Of a DNA stretch of 64,000 bases, positions 52,458 through 64,000 are shown piece after piece. Location of the stretch: NCBI GenBank assembly GCA_951406725.2, contig OX597816.1, positions 160,828,001 through 160,892,000 on the forward strand. The letters run 5' to 3'. Below the pieces are notes generated by a model. It ran no database searches and was not told where the DNA came from. It worked only from the letters and a program-made list of their open reading frames with translations. Every line of letters begins with the position of its first letter. Position 1 is the stretch's first letter. The DNA comes from Octopus vulgaris. Taxonomy: Eukaryota. The position numbers were made by a program, and so were the translations under genes.

Positions 52458-53430
52458 GTAAGTTTGAATACCAAAGAATATGACTTCATAGAATATTGCC
52501 TCTTGTAGTAATCAAACAAATAGCAGTAATAAACTGGTATAATTCAATGTGCTATCAAGTGTGATGTGTGATTGCAAGAAAATGTTCTGGTGCCAAGATA
52601 AGAAGTCATTATTACAGCTTATAGTGCAATAATAATAATAGCAATTCCATAAGTTTTCCAATCAAACTCTTAGTGTACAAGTCTCTGGTGACCTCAATCT
52701 TCTGTATGAGTGTCAGAGCTGGACTCTTACAGCTGGTATGTGGCAAAGAATCCAGGCATTTGAGTATAAGTGCTTGAGAAGGCTGCTACACATCCTGGGC
52801 ACAGTATACAAAACAAACAGCTTTGTGAAGTAACAAGTCAACAAACCATTTGACAGCCAATTTTCGTTTGTTTACGTATCACTAAAAGAGACCAATAGAA
52901 TTAGTACCAGACTTTAGTAAAAAAAAAAAAAAGAAAGACATAAGTACTGGGGTCAATTTGTTTGACTAAAACCCTTCAAGGTAAAGCCACAGTTCAATGA
53001 CTGGAACAAGAAAACATAAAAAACAGCATTTTCTGTAAGTTTCCAGGACCCAGAAAAGCAGGCACTGATATACTTTCAATACATTCCTTTCAAGTGATGG
53101 GCATCATGGAGGCAAAATAGCTGGGTTCCTTTCGAGCATTGGCCCTCACGGAGGCAAAGTGGCTAGGTTCCTTTTGAGCATAGGGCTTCATGGAGATGGA
53201 GGCAATGATCAAGACCGTTGGCATTATGTCATGCTTGAGAAGAAAACCCATCAAGCCAAGCAACATTGCAGTCATGGCATATACTTGTTTGTTATGATGT
53301 GTTACTTTTATGGGGTTACATGTTTAAAGGCTCTTTTTTATGTTTAGCATAGATAAATGTATATAAGTTGCTTTCAGAAGGCTATTTAATTAAATAAAGT
53401 ATTGTGTCTAAGATTACTTCATTAGTTATA

Positions 53431-53923
53431 CCGTAAATCCTCAAGTATAATCCGCATTTTTTTCCCAAAATTTAAAGGTCAAAATCCCTAGTGCGTACTA
53501 TATATGAGGTTAAAAATGAAAATTATTTTCTAAGCAATATCTGAATCTCTATTTGCTGTCCAGCAATGTTTATTCAGACGCATTTTGTGGTGCCGGGCAA
53601 GAAAATATCTTAAGCTAAGCCTGAAAGCAATGAAGTCATAAAAGAATTATCCATTACTTGCAGTAAACAACATTTATTAAAATAAAAGTATTCAGAACAC
53701 AGAATAACATGTAACAAAAACAATTTGCAAACATATTTATATTCCCATATAACTATTAAGAACATCACCATTATTGTATAAGGCATACACGAAAGTGTTT
53801 GTTCGACTAGGTGCTGCTGGATTAATTACGCACATTCAAGTTAGAGAAGGGGTGCGTATTATACACAAGGTTTAAGTTTTTCAGAAGTACAGCCTCCTAA
53901 AAATCCTCTGTGTATTATAACTC
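53431..53923. mobile_element. Tc1/pogo-type MITE, right end eroded
   Basis: TA|CCGTAAATCCTCAAGTATAATCCGC left end; mirrored GCGTATTATAC/GTATTATAACTC subterminal motifs. Confidence 0.55.
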
Positions 53924-55149
53924 TACTTATTTACTTTATATCTTTAACAAACAAAACTATAAAAAGAAATTATCAATGTCTTAAATTTAGAAGAGTTCTA
54001 TATAGGATATCTGTAAGGTGTTCAATTATTTGGTCAAAACAGATATTTGGCAAATACAATTTTTACATGCAATATTCCTTACGGAAAATTTAAAAGGAGA
54101 AGTTCTAAAGTATTTATACATTTAAAATACCTTTTATTTTTTTGTTAATAAAGAAATTGTTATTTCATAATTTATATATTCAGTAAAAGCAAGGTAGGTA
54201 GACAGGTAATAAAGAAATCTATATTATTTGGCATTGGAATATGTCTAATATTAAATCTACAAGAGTGTAGATTATTTAATTTACTCTAGCTAGTTTGTCA
54301 TCCTTGACTAATTAAAAGGAAGGATTTTAGTATGACACAAAGCCATTTGTTAAACACCTAAGCAACATTATGAAATATCAAAATAGATATTTCTCACTTA
54401 TAGCATAAAGAAAGAAAATGTGTAATCGAGTGACAAAGATTCGTGTAACATCTCGAAATCACTGAAAATCCCTTAAAATTTTGGGCTTTTACATCCTTCT
54501 ACTGAAGGTACTTCGAGTTTCTCGAAGCGTCTTGAATCTTAATTTTTGGAACAAAAATGGATAAATTTCAAGACGTTTTTGCCTATATTTTAAATTGACC
54601 AATGACACTAGACTTTCTAACATTATTTCATTGATCTAACTAATTTCACACTAACACATGCTAACAAACTAATCTGCCTGATTTATTGATAGATGTCTTT
54701 ATTACTGTGTCACTACACTGGTGTCACACAAATGGCACGTAAAAGCACCCATTACATGGCTTGCTCATAAGTCCCCTCAGCTCCTTGTTTTGTTTTTTTT
54801 ATTTAGTAATCTTCAGATGGCTAAATGTTCACTCTAGTTGTATGCAATATTATTTAGAATGAAGAGAAGGAGCTAAGATTGAGGTAGGGACAGAGATTTG
54901 CAGACAAGATAAGGGAGGTAGGGTTTTTTTCTCTTTTTTTCCTTAAACCAAAATGCCTGTGGTTTTGGTATGTGTGTATACATAAACATTTTCTTTCAAT
55001 ATCTATATGTAATCAGAAACGGAAAGGATGGTGAACTACTACTATTGCTACTACTACATAATTGTTTTTGATATGTACAATATTTTGCCATGAAATTATA
55101 TTTAACCTTTTTTCTGTTTTTTTTTTTCTTTGCAAATTTTCTCTTCAAG

Positions 55150-55362
55150 TCCAGTTATGGACAGTTAACAACTATCACTGGTACCTAAAACAGAGTTTAG
55201 TCTTTGATCCAGCCAAAGAGAAGGAAGTTGCAGCTCTTCTATGGGACCCTGAACAAGCATACAAGCTGCATATTGTCACTTCAGATGGTTGCTATATGCA
55301 TTACTCATGGTACTGGAACACTGTAGTCAGTGATGAAAGTGTTGTGGCTGTCATTGATGGAG
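55150..55362 (+). CDS. ELP1: ELP1 coding exon 10
   Basis: (I)QLWTVNNYHWYLKQSLVFDPAKEKEVAALLWDPEQAYKLHIVTSDGCYMHYSWYWNTVVSDESVVAVIDG, with the NYHWYLKQ signature; AAG acceptor; 213 nt. Confidence 0.96.
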
Positions 55363-56730
55363 GTAGGGTTAAATTCTTTTATTTTTTTATTTGTTTCAGT
55401 CATTTGACTGCGGCCATGCTGGAGCACTGCCTTTAGTTGGACAAATCAACCCCAGACCTTATTCTTTGTAATCCTAGTATTTATTCTGCCAGTCTCTTTT
55501 GCCAAACTGCTAAGTTATGGGGACGTAGACACACCAACATTGGTCTGTCAAGCAATGGTGGGAGACAAACACAAATACACAAACATATATATATATATAT
55601 ATACGACATTGCCAGACCAGATTGGAGCCTGGTGCAGCCACTGGCTCTCCAGACCTCAGTCAAACTGTCCAACCCATGCCAGCATGGAAAACAGACGTTA
55701 AACAATGATGATGATGATGAGTAACTGTGTAAAATGCAATATTTGTAATTGTAAATCAGATCAAATAATATTTATAACAAAATAACTTTATCCGGAATAT
55801 TGACCCTTAGCTGATGTTTGAAACATCAGCTAAGGAATTTTAATTTAAATCACTTTTACCCTTTTGTTATCAAATTCCTATTGAAAATACACTGCTTAGC
55901 TTCAATTAATTTTGAAAATACTGAAGAATTTAGTAAAATAACTTTTTCATTATGAAGCTGGTTTTTTTAACATAAATTTACCTGAAAATTTATTGGAAGG
56001 TTTTAATTAGGATCTCTTTTGAATCAGGGATGGTTCCAGACAGGTTTGATATCAAAAAGTTTAGGTAGAAAAAATCATGTGCAAAGTTCATCAACTAATG
56101 ATATCCATAGTTAATTTTATATCCTTAGTTAATTATCAAGCTAACCTCTAATGTAACTTTTTAATTTTTTTTTTATTTCATATCATAGGCGCAGGAGTGG
56201 CTGTGTGGTAAGTAGCTTGCTTACCAACCACATGGTTCTGGGTTCATTCCCACTGCGTGGCACCTTGGACAAGTGCCTTCTACTATAGTCTCAGGCCGAC
56301 CAAAGCCTTGTGAGTGGATTTGGTAGACAGAAGCCCGTCGTATATATATATATATATATATTTATATGTGTGTGTGTGTGTATATGTTTGTGTGTCTGTG
56401 TTTGTCCCTCCCACATCGCTTGACAACCAATGGTGGTGTATTTACGGCCCCCGTAACTTAGCGGTTTTGCAAATGAGACCGATAGAATAAGTACTAGACT
56501 TTCAAAGAATAAGTCCTGGGGTCAATTTGCTCGACTAAAGGCGGTGCTCCAGTATGGCCACAGTCAAATGACCGAAAAAGGTAAAAGAGAGAGTATCATA
56601 TTTACTTCCATTTTGCCTTGCTTCTATGGTTTAGACAAGTATTTCATCTCATTTATAATTAACTAAGAATATGGATTGAATTTTTTAATGTTGAACAATT
56701 TGAAGTTTAAATTTTATATTTCTTTTGTAG

Positions 56731-56931
56731 CTCAGATTTTGGTAACCCCCATGGCACTACAGGTGGTACCACCTCCTATGTATACCTACAAATTGCTGCT
56801 TCCTGCTCCTGCCAACCAAGTGTTTTTTTTCCCATCGTCACCATTGAATAACTATGGTATGCCCACAGCTGATATTGGTGTTCTTTTAGACAATGGAGTG
56901 ATTGCATTGTTTACTTATCGTGAAAACAACA
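56731..56931 (+). CDS. ELP1: ELP1 coding exon 11
   Basis: (A)QILVTPMALQVVPPPMYTYKLLLPAPANQVFFFPSSPLNNYGMPTADIGVLLDNGVIALFTYRENN, with the VVPPPM motif; 201 nt. Confidence 0.96.
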
Positions 56932-58095
56932 GTAAGTTATTCAGAGTTATTTTCCTATGTTAAGGAGACAAACATGTTCACGAACACACACACACAATGT
57001 GCTTACAGTACAAAAAAAACATCCTCTAATGCCCCCTCTATTGTAGCAAGACACCTGCTTCTGTCTCTTTGTCACATTCTAATTCTAACCTTTCATCCTC
57101 TGACACAAGTTTTCCTCCTCAAATGCCCCTACCCCTCTCATAATTCCTTGTCTTACAAGTTACTTGGTTACCCTGCCAGTGCTGGTGCCACATTAAAAGC
57201 ATTCAGTCCACACTGTAATGTGGTTGACGTTTGAAAGGGCATCCAGCTGTAAAAATCATGGCAAAACTAACCTCAACTGTGCTAGTGCCATATAAAAAGC
57301 ACTGAGTCCACTCTGCAGAGTGGTTAGTCTTGGGAAGGGCATCCGGCAGTAAAATCCCTGCCAAAAACAGATACAGTAGCATAGAGTAGTTTTTCTACTT
57401 GGCCAGCTCCTGTCAACTGACTTACCCATGCATGCATTGAAGATGAACGTTAAACGATGATGATGATGATATACATGTAAGGTGGTTGTCCTTAAGAAGG
57501 GCATCCAGCCATAGAAACCATGCCAAAGAGGACATTGGACCCCAACATGGCCCTGCAACATGCTGGATCCTGTCAAACCATTCAACCCATGCCAGCATGG
57601 AACATGGATGTTGGGTGGTGATGACGATGATGATGGTGATGATGGCTGCAGTTTGGTGGTGGTTATGGTGGTGGGTTATTTAATCATAGGTCCATAGATT
57701 AATGATTAAAGCCATTCTAACTGGTGGTGGTGGTTGTTTGTTTGTTTGATTGATTGATTGATCGATCATAGGTCCATAGATTAATGATTAACACCATTCT
57801 AACTGTGACAGTCCTGTCTTTTTTTTTGCTAAACAGTACATCATGTGACTACATCATCTATTGTTTTTTTGTTTTTTTTTTTGCTTTTTTCCTTCTATGG
57901 TGGCAGTGTGTGTGATTTGGGGAAGATTTAGCTGTAATTATTAGTAGCCTTCTCCACAAGATTTTTACACCTAGTAGTTCAAACTGTCAGTGTTTATTTC
58001 TTTATAATGCATCCTTTCTGTATAATATTTCGATTGTATTTCATTTTTGTATTTGGTGTGCAAGATTCTTTATGTGAATTCGTGTGTTGAGGCAT

Positions 58096-58364
58096 CTTTT
58101 ATTGTATCTGAGGAGAGTCATTCTCTTTTAGTACCTTATTTAACACACTCACTGGTTCAATTTCCACTCATTTAATTATTTATCTTTTCTAAAATTTTCA
58201 TTGTATCTTGCAACCTTTTCAATAGTCAGAGTCAACGACTATTGAAAAGGTTGCAAGACGCAACGGATATTTTCGCAAAAATAAGAAAATGAATGGAAAC
58301 TGAACTAGTGTGTGTGTTAAATAAGGCACTAAAAGTGAAGGACTCTCCTCAGACACAATAAAAT
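58096..58364. repeat. Inverted repeat (~130-bp arms, loop 58228-58236), Penelope pLTR-like
   Basis: Mirrored arms. The left part (58045-58140) is also the reverse complement of ~1122-1215. Confidence 0.75.
58189..58225 (-). ncRNA. Minimal hammerhead-like motif with U3-A8 core (mirror copy from 58239 +)
   Basis: - copy: CUA UUGAAAA G GUUGC-AAGAU-ACAAU GAAA AU UU UAG. The + copy keeps a perfect GUUGC/GCAAC stem II but has GGAU in place of GAAA. Confidence 0.45.
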
Positions 58365-58546
58365 TTCAATTGTAATTTTTCCTAACAATAACTTTTGGTT
58401 TGACTCCAGTATTGAAATAACTCCACTTTGAAATATATCATAGCAACTGACCACACACAAACCTACAATACTTTCCACTGGAGTTTTTCAAAATTTGATT
58501 TTATTTATAATCATTAAATCATTTTATTTATTTCGGTTTTTTTTAG

Positions 58547-58637
58547 TTGAATCAACTGATAAATCAGCTGTTGAAATATGTGGAGGCAGAGAATTTAGTG
58601 TAAAATGTCCTCTTCCTCGCTTATTAGGCTCATTTGA
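58547..58637 (+). CDS. ELP1: ELP1 coding exon 12
   Basis: ttttttag acceptor; (I)ESTDKSAVEICGGREFSVKCPLPRLLGSF(E); GTAAGT donor; phase 1 to 2 fits both neighbours; 91 nt. Confidence 0.88.
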
Positions 58638-59219
58638 GTAAGTATATTTTATTACATATTGCATCATATTCTGGGAGCTGTTGAGCACTAGGGTCAATGT
58701 AATCAACCAGCCCCTTTCCTCCCCCCCCCCCCCACCACCATCATCTCAGCCCTTGTGCCTATAGGATTAATATGTACATATTTTGGTCTTGGTATAAAAG
58801 ATGGGATGCAGCAAATATTATGCTGAATACCACAGATTTGCTTGTCAGTTGCTTGACCATAACCAGTTGAGCATGTTCCTTAGTGGCTGACGATATGTAC
58901 ATCTCTGATCACTCAGAGAGTGCAAACCTCTGCCAAGGCAACAGCAACATCCTCTCAATGATGAGCCAGAGATGATTTTTTAAAATGAGAATATCTGAAA
59001 TAAACTCAACTGCTCTCACAAACAAGAATACTAAAAATGAACCCGACCGCTTTCAAAAATTAAGTAAAATAGGCAGAAATCTAATCAGATCATGCTAGTC
59101 ATGAGGCCAAACATCCCTAAAAATTTCATCCAAATCCATCCAGCGGTTCTTGAGATATCTTGTCCACAGACAAACAAACACAATAATAATCATGATAATA
59201 ATTTCCTCTTGTTTTTCAG

Positions 59220-59369
59220 ACCAGTAGAAAACTATGGAACATTTCCGTTATCAGTACACACAGTTTTGGGTATCAGTGACACAATTCTCATGTATTGCCT
59301 CCAGAAAGATGATACCAGTGTCCTCTGTGAAGTAACTCTCTCTCAAAAAGATAATACATTTACTCAAAG
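59220..59369 (+). CDS. ELP1: ELP1 coding exon 13
   Basis: tttttcag acceptor; (E)PVENYGTFPLSVHTVLGISDTILMYCLQKDDTSVLCEVTLSQKDNTFTQ(S); phase 2/2; weak GTTTCA donor; 150 nt. Confidence 0.78.
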
Positions 59370-60723
59370 GTTTCAGTATATTTTTTTTTAATTCTCTTTT
59401 ATTAATTAGTTTTTTTTATTGTTATTATCATTATGCATTTATTATTATTATTTATTTCTTTTTGCACTAATTACTATAAAAATTTATCGATAGTTTTATT
59501 ATTGAAGGTGTAGAATATTCATTATCGTCATCATCATTTAACATCCGTTTTCCATGCTAGCATGGGTTGGACGATTTTGACTAAGGGCTGGCGAACCAGA
59601 TGGCTGCACCAGGGATGCCCTTCCTAACGCCAACTACTCCGAGAGTGTAGTGGGTGCTTTTTACATGCCACCAGCACGGGGGCCAGTCAGGCAGTACTGG
59701 CAATGACCCCGCTCGATTCTTTTTGCCACCGGCACAGGTGCCACTGATGCGACGTTGGTAACGATCACGCTCGAATGGTGCCCTTTTATGTGGGACAACA
59801 CAAAATGCCAATAATTTGAGCTGGTAGCATGAAACTGTATCCAGCTCTGAAACAAATATTTCAACCACCAATACTTTTTAATGAATAGCATTCCTGTCAA
59901 GCTGTCTTTTTCCACTGCTGCTACTGTATATGGTCTCCAATCCTCTATCCATCCATTGGGAGAGAGGATCCAACCTAGATGATGATGATGATACACGCAC
60001 ACACATATGATGTAAAGTGAAGTCATTGTCATGGCCGATGTCAGTACTGCCTGACTGGCACCTGTGCCAGTGGCATGTAAAAAGCACCATTCAAGCATGG
60101 TCAGTGCCAGTGTCACCTGTTTCTGTTGTACCTGTATTTCAAAGGGCCAGCCTTGTCACAGTCTGTGTCACACTGAATCTCCCTGAGAACTATGTTAAGG
60201 GTACACATGTCTGTGGAGTGCTCAGCCACTTGCATGTTAATTTCACAAGCAGGCTGTTCTATTGATCGGATCTTCTGGAACCATTGTTGTCATAACCGAT
60301 GGAGTTCTACAAGTGTGCCACGTATATATATATATATATATATATCGCCTTGGCTGGCTTCCATGCCGGTGGCACGTTAAAAGCACCAACCGATCGTGGC
60401 CGATGCCGGACTCCCCTGGCACCTGTGCAGGTGGCACGTAAAAAGCACCCACTACACTTGCAGAGTGGTTGGCGTTAGGAAGGGCATCCAGCTGTAGAAA
60501 CACTGCCAGATCAGACTGGAGCCTGGTGCAGCCCCTGGCTTCCCAGACCCGGGTCGAACCGTCCAACCCGTGCTAGTGTGGAAAACGGACGTTAAACGAT
60601 GATGATGATGATGATATACACACACACACTTATTGTTTCATGTCTTTTTATTTTTTTTAACCATATATATATATATATATTTTTTCTTTCGAATTTGTGT
60701 AGATTTGTATAGAATAATATATC

Positions 60724-61074
60724 AGTTGAATAAAGTTACAATATAGTCTGGTTTTCATGCTTTTTATTGTTTTTAAAAAATTTTTTTTTACATTGTTGAT
60801 GTGTGTTAAACATTAAAAAAATATTTAGCAGTGTTCATAAAGTTCAGTTAGCACTTTCATACATTCTTCACACAGTTGTCAAGAACTCAACTCAACTGTC
60901 AGTCAATACATTTTGAAATCTGATGATTACTACAAAACATATGAAAGCGCTAATTGAACTTTATGAACATTACTAAAAAATTTTTTAATGTTTAACACAC
61001 TTCAACATTGTAAAAAAAATTTTTTTAAATACAATAAAAATGTGAAAACCAAACCATGTAACTTTATGCAACTA
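60724..61074. repeat. Inverted repeat (~140-bp arms)
   Basis: AGTTGAATAAAGTTACA...GCACTTTCAT pairs with ATGAAAGCGC...TGTAACTTTATGCAACT. Confidence 0.75.
60917..60955 (+). ncRNA. Degenerate minimal hammerhead-like motif
   Basis: AAU CUGAUGA ...16 nt... GAAA GCGC UA AUU; canonical core and palindromic loop, but stem II pairs poorly. Confidence 0.4.
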
Positions 61075-61338
61075 ATATCATCATCATCATCATCGTTTAA
61101 CGTCCGTTCTCCATGCTAGCATGGGTTGGACGGTTCGACCAGGGATCTGGAAAGCCAGAAGGCTGCACCAGGCTCCAGTCTGATCTGGCAGAGTTTCTAC
61201 AGCTGGATGCCCTTCCTAACGCCAACCACTCCGTGAGTGTAATGGGTGCTTTTTACATGCCACCTGCACAGGTGCCAGGCGAGGCTGGCAACGGCCACGG
61301 TCGGATTGGTGCATTTTACGTGCCATCGGCCACGATTC

Positions 61339-61534
61339 CAAAAGTAGGTTTACAGTTATTCAACTATGTCTTTTGCATTCATATATTATATATTAACAGT
61401 TTAGTTCTTAATTATAAAAGAATATGAAACCATTATTCTATGCATATTTAATTAATTGTAAGAGAAATTTAAATGTAATAAAATGTTTTAAAAGAAATTT
61501 AAAGTGCCTATAAACCTACTTTTGCGCCACCCTG
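61339..61534. mobile_element. Tc1/mariner-type MITE, left end truncated
   Basis: CAAAAGTAGGTTTA ... TAAACCTACTTTTGCGCCACCCTG|TA. Confidence 0.6.
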
Positions 61535-61834
61535 TATATATATATATATATATATATGACTGTGTGGTTAGGGAGCTTGCTTCCTAGCTACATGGTTTCG
61601 GGTTCAGTCCCACTGCGTGGCACTTTGGGTAGGTGTCTTCCACTATAGCCCCGAGCCGACTGGAGCTTTGTGATTGAATTCGGTAGGTGGAAGTTACTGC
61701 CATGTGTGTATGTGTGCGTGTAGGTGCTTGTGCCTCTCCGAAAGAGACAGAGGGAATACACACACACACATACACAACATTGTTCTCCAGGTTATTTTAT
61801 TTACATAAACATTTTCTTTTCTTCTGGGTTCCAG

Positions 61835-61941
61835 CTCTACACAGGTTGTACCTGACAATATCTTTAACATGACATATGCTGCTGCTGTTAATACCATTTT
61901 CATACAAACCTTGCAGAGAGAAATCCTGGCTTATGATATTA
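61835..61941 (+). CDS. ELP1: ELP1 coding exon 14 (gene continues beyond window)
   Basis: Pyrimidine tract plus ccag; (S)STQVVPDNIFNMTYAAAVNTIFIQTLQREILAYDI; GTAAGT donor; 107 nt, phase 2 to 1. Confidence 0.82.
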
Positions 61942-64000
61942 GTAAGTTATATTATTTTCTGATCCATACTCAATGAGTTTTTCATTTTACACTGATTATT
62001 TCCGTTTAGCAATGTCCACTTTAGTAAAGTTGCTTAAACGGTTAATATAATAAAGTACATTCCCAAAAGTCAGGACTGACTCTGAAAATGAGGAAATTAA
62101 TATACTTCAGGCATGGTTGTGTGGTTGAGAAGTTCACTTCCTAACCACACTGTTTTGGGTTCAATCTCACTTTGCAGCAGTTAGGGCAAGTGTTTTTTTC
62201 ACTCTCATCCCAGGCTGACCAAAGCCTTGTGGGTGGATTTGGTCAACAAAAACTGAAAGAAGCCCATTGTGTATGTCTGTGCATAGTAAATTACAAATTA
62301 AAAGCAGTGCTAGTAATATAATCTTTATCAGTCACACATAATGTATGTGTTTTGTTTAAATGCCCTTTTGTTTTGGAATAGTGTCCAAGGAGAGCTCCCT
62401 ACATGACACTGAGTGTTAAAGAACACCAAGTGTCCCAGACCAGATAAGACAACTTACTCTAAGGTAATTGAGAATGGTAGATACCATTATTTTGCCATTG
62501 TTGTGGCTTATCAATACAATGCACTTGGATCTCCTCGAAATGAAATGAATCGCTGGTGTGTGACGTATATGCAAATAGAGTGAAGTTTAATGATGTGTTG
62601 CAGCATAGCATGTATAAAAACAAATTAATTTACTAATTAAAAGCAGTTCTAGTAAGGTAAACATTATCAATCACACATACATAGTGGAGACACATGGCTT
62701 AGTGGTTAGGGTGTTGGGTTCATGGCTTTAAGGATTGTGGTTTTGATCCCTGGACTGGGCAAACTGTTGTGTTTTTAAGCAAAACACATCATTTCAGATT
62801 GCTCCAATCCATTCTGGTGTAGAAAAGAGTTGAGCCTGGAGGGGGTTGGGCTCTGCCAGGCTTTCTCGCCCTAGATACACTTCATGGCTGCAGCACCCCC
62901 CTGATCCCCAAGGAGTTAAGGGACTTCTCAATTATCAATACATAGTGTATGCACACTCGGCATTGTGTAGGGAGCTTACTCTGGATGTTATCCCACAGCG
63001 AAAGGGCATTCAAATAAAGCACATTCACTCTATGTGTGGCCGGTAATATATACATATATACCTCGCCTGGCCTCTGTGCCGGTGGCATGTAAAAAGCACC
63101 ATCCGATCGTGGCCATTTGCCAGCCTCATCTGGCACCTGTGCCAGTGGCACGTAAAAAGCACCCACTACACTCATGAAGTGGTTTGCATTAGGAAGGGCA
63201 TCCAGCCGTAGAAATATTGCCAGATCAGACTGGTCCTGGTGCAGCCTTCTGGCTTTCCAGACCCCAGTTGCACCGTCCAACCCATGCCAGCATGGAAATC
63301 GGACGCTAAACGACGACGACGATGGATGCATGCATATCATCATCATCATCGTTTAACGTCCGTTCTCCATGCTAGCATGGGTTGGACGGTTCGACCAGGG
63401 ATCTGGGAAGGCAGAAGGCTGCACCAGGCTCCGGTCTTATCTGGCAATGTTTCTACAGCTGGATGCCCTTCCTAACGCCAACCACTCCGTGAGTGTAGTG
63501 GGTGCTTTTTACGTGCCACCTGCACTGGTGCCAGGCGAGACTGGCATCGGCCATGGTCGGATTGGTGCATTTTACGTGCCACCTGCACGGAAGCCAGTCG
63601 AGGCGGCACTGGCTTCGGCCCGGTATATACATAGATGTGTACCTCTGTGCATGCACTTCTCTGAAAGTGCAAACTACAATTAGTTGTGTTGTTGCCATTT
63701 CCTCTGTCAACAAATTGTCTATTAGCTTTGTACCTTCAAAGATGTATGAAATAACGAATCTCTTACTTGAAAAATAAGGCAGATATAGCATCAGAAAAGA
63801 TACCAAAATTAAGTGAATTTAACATTTTTGTGCATTATTAAATGCTTAGAGTGGTTCTTCCATAACATGGTTTCTTCAGTTTAAACACTCAGATCAAGGT
63901 ATCTACTAGATTTTTTTATGCTTTTATTCTTTTACATGTTTCTGTCATTTGACTGCGGCCATGCTGGAACACCACCCTTTAGTCAAACAAATAGACCCCA

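Noticed and set aside
55805-55835. Palindrome CCTTAGCTGATGTTT-G-AAACATCAGCTAAGG as a hammerhead or terminator
   Set aside because: CTGATG is not followed by A plus a stem II, so it is a simple inversion junction; bacterial-type terminators do not apply here.
56188-56260. tRNA-like sequences with A and B boxes (many copies)
   Set aside because: They do not close a cloverleaf and continue into SINE bodies, so they are SINE heads, not tRNA genes.

Overview
AT-rich, microsatellite- and transposon-dense animal genomic DNA. The repeat repertoire (tRNA-derived SINEs, RTE-type LINE tails ending in (GAT)n, Penelope-like elements) looks like an octopus/coleoid cephalopod genome; this is inferred, not proven. 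Two spliced genes lie head-to-head around ~32.3-32.6 kb. On the - strand is the axonemal inner-arm dynein light intermediate chain DNALI1/p28: five coding exons traced with consistent phases, 246 aa, terminal exon not securely found. On the + strand is Elongator subunit ELP1/IKBKAP: 14 coding exons traced, ~572 aa, continuing past the window end. The shared promoter has a near-perfect RFX X-box next to a forkhead site on the DNALI1 side and a YY1-type motif on the ELP1 side. The most unusual signal is a set of hammerhead-ribozyme-like motifs in intronic Penelope-type palindromes. They include natural-looking swaps of the conserved C3-G8 core pair (G3-C8 and U3-A8), an A6U variant, and one extended type I hammerhead lying sense to the DNALI1 pre-mRNA. 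Almost all ORFs in the supplied track are microsatellite or repeat artefacts. Repeat boundaries were read by eye and are approximate; exon boundaries were checked base by base.
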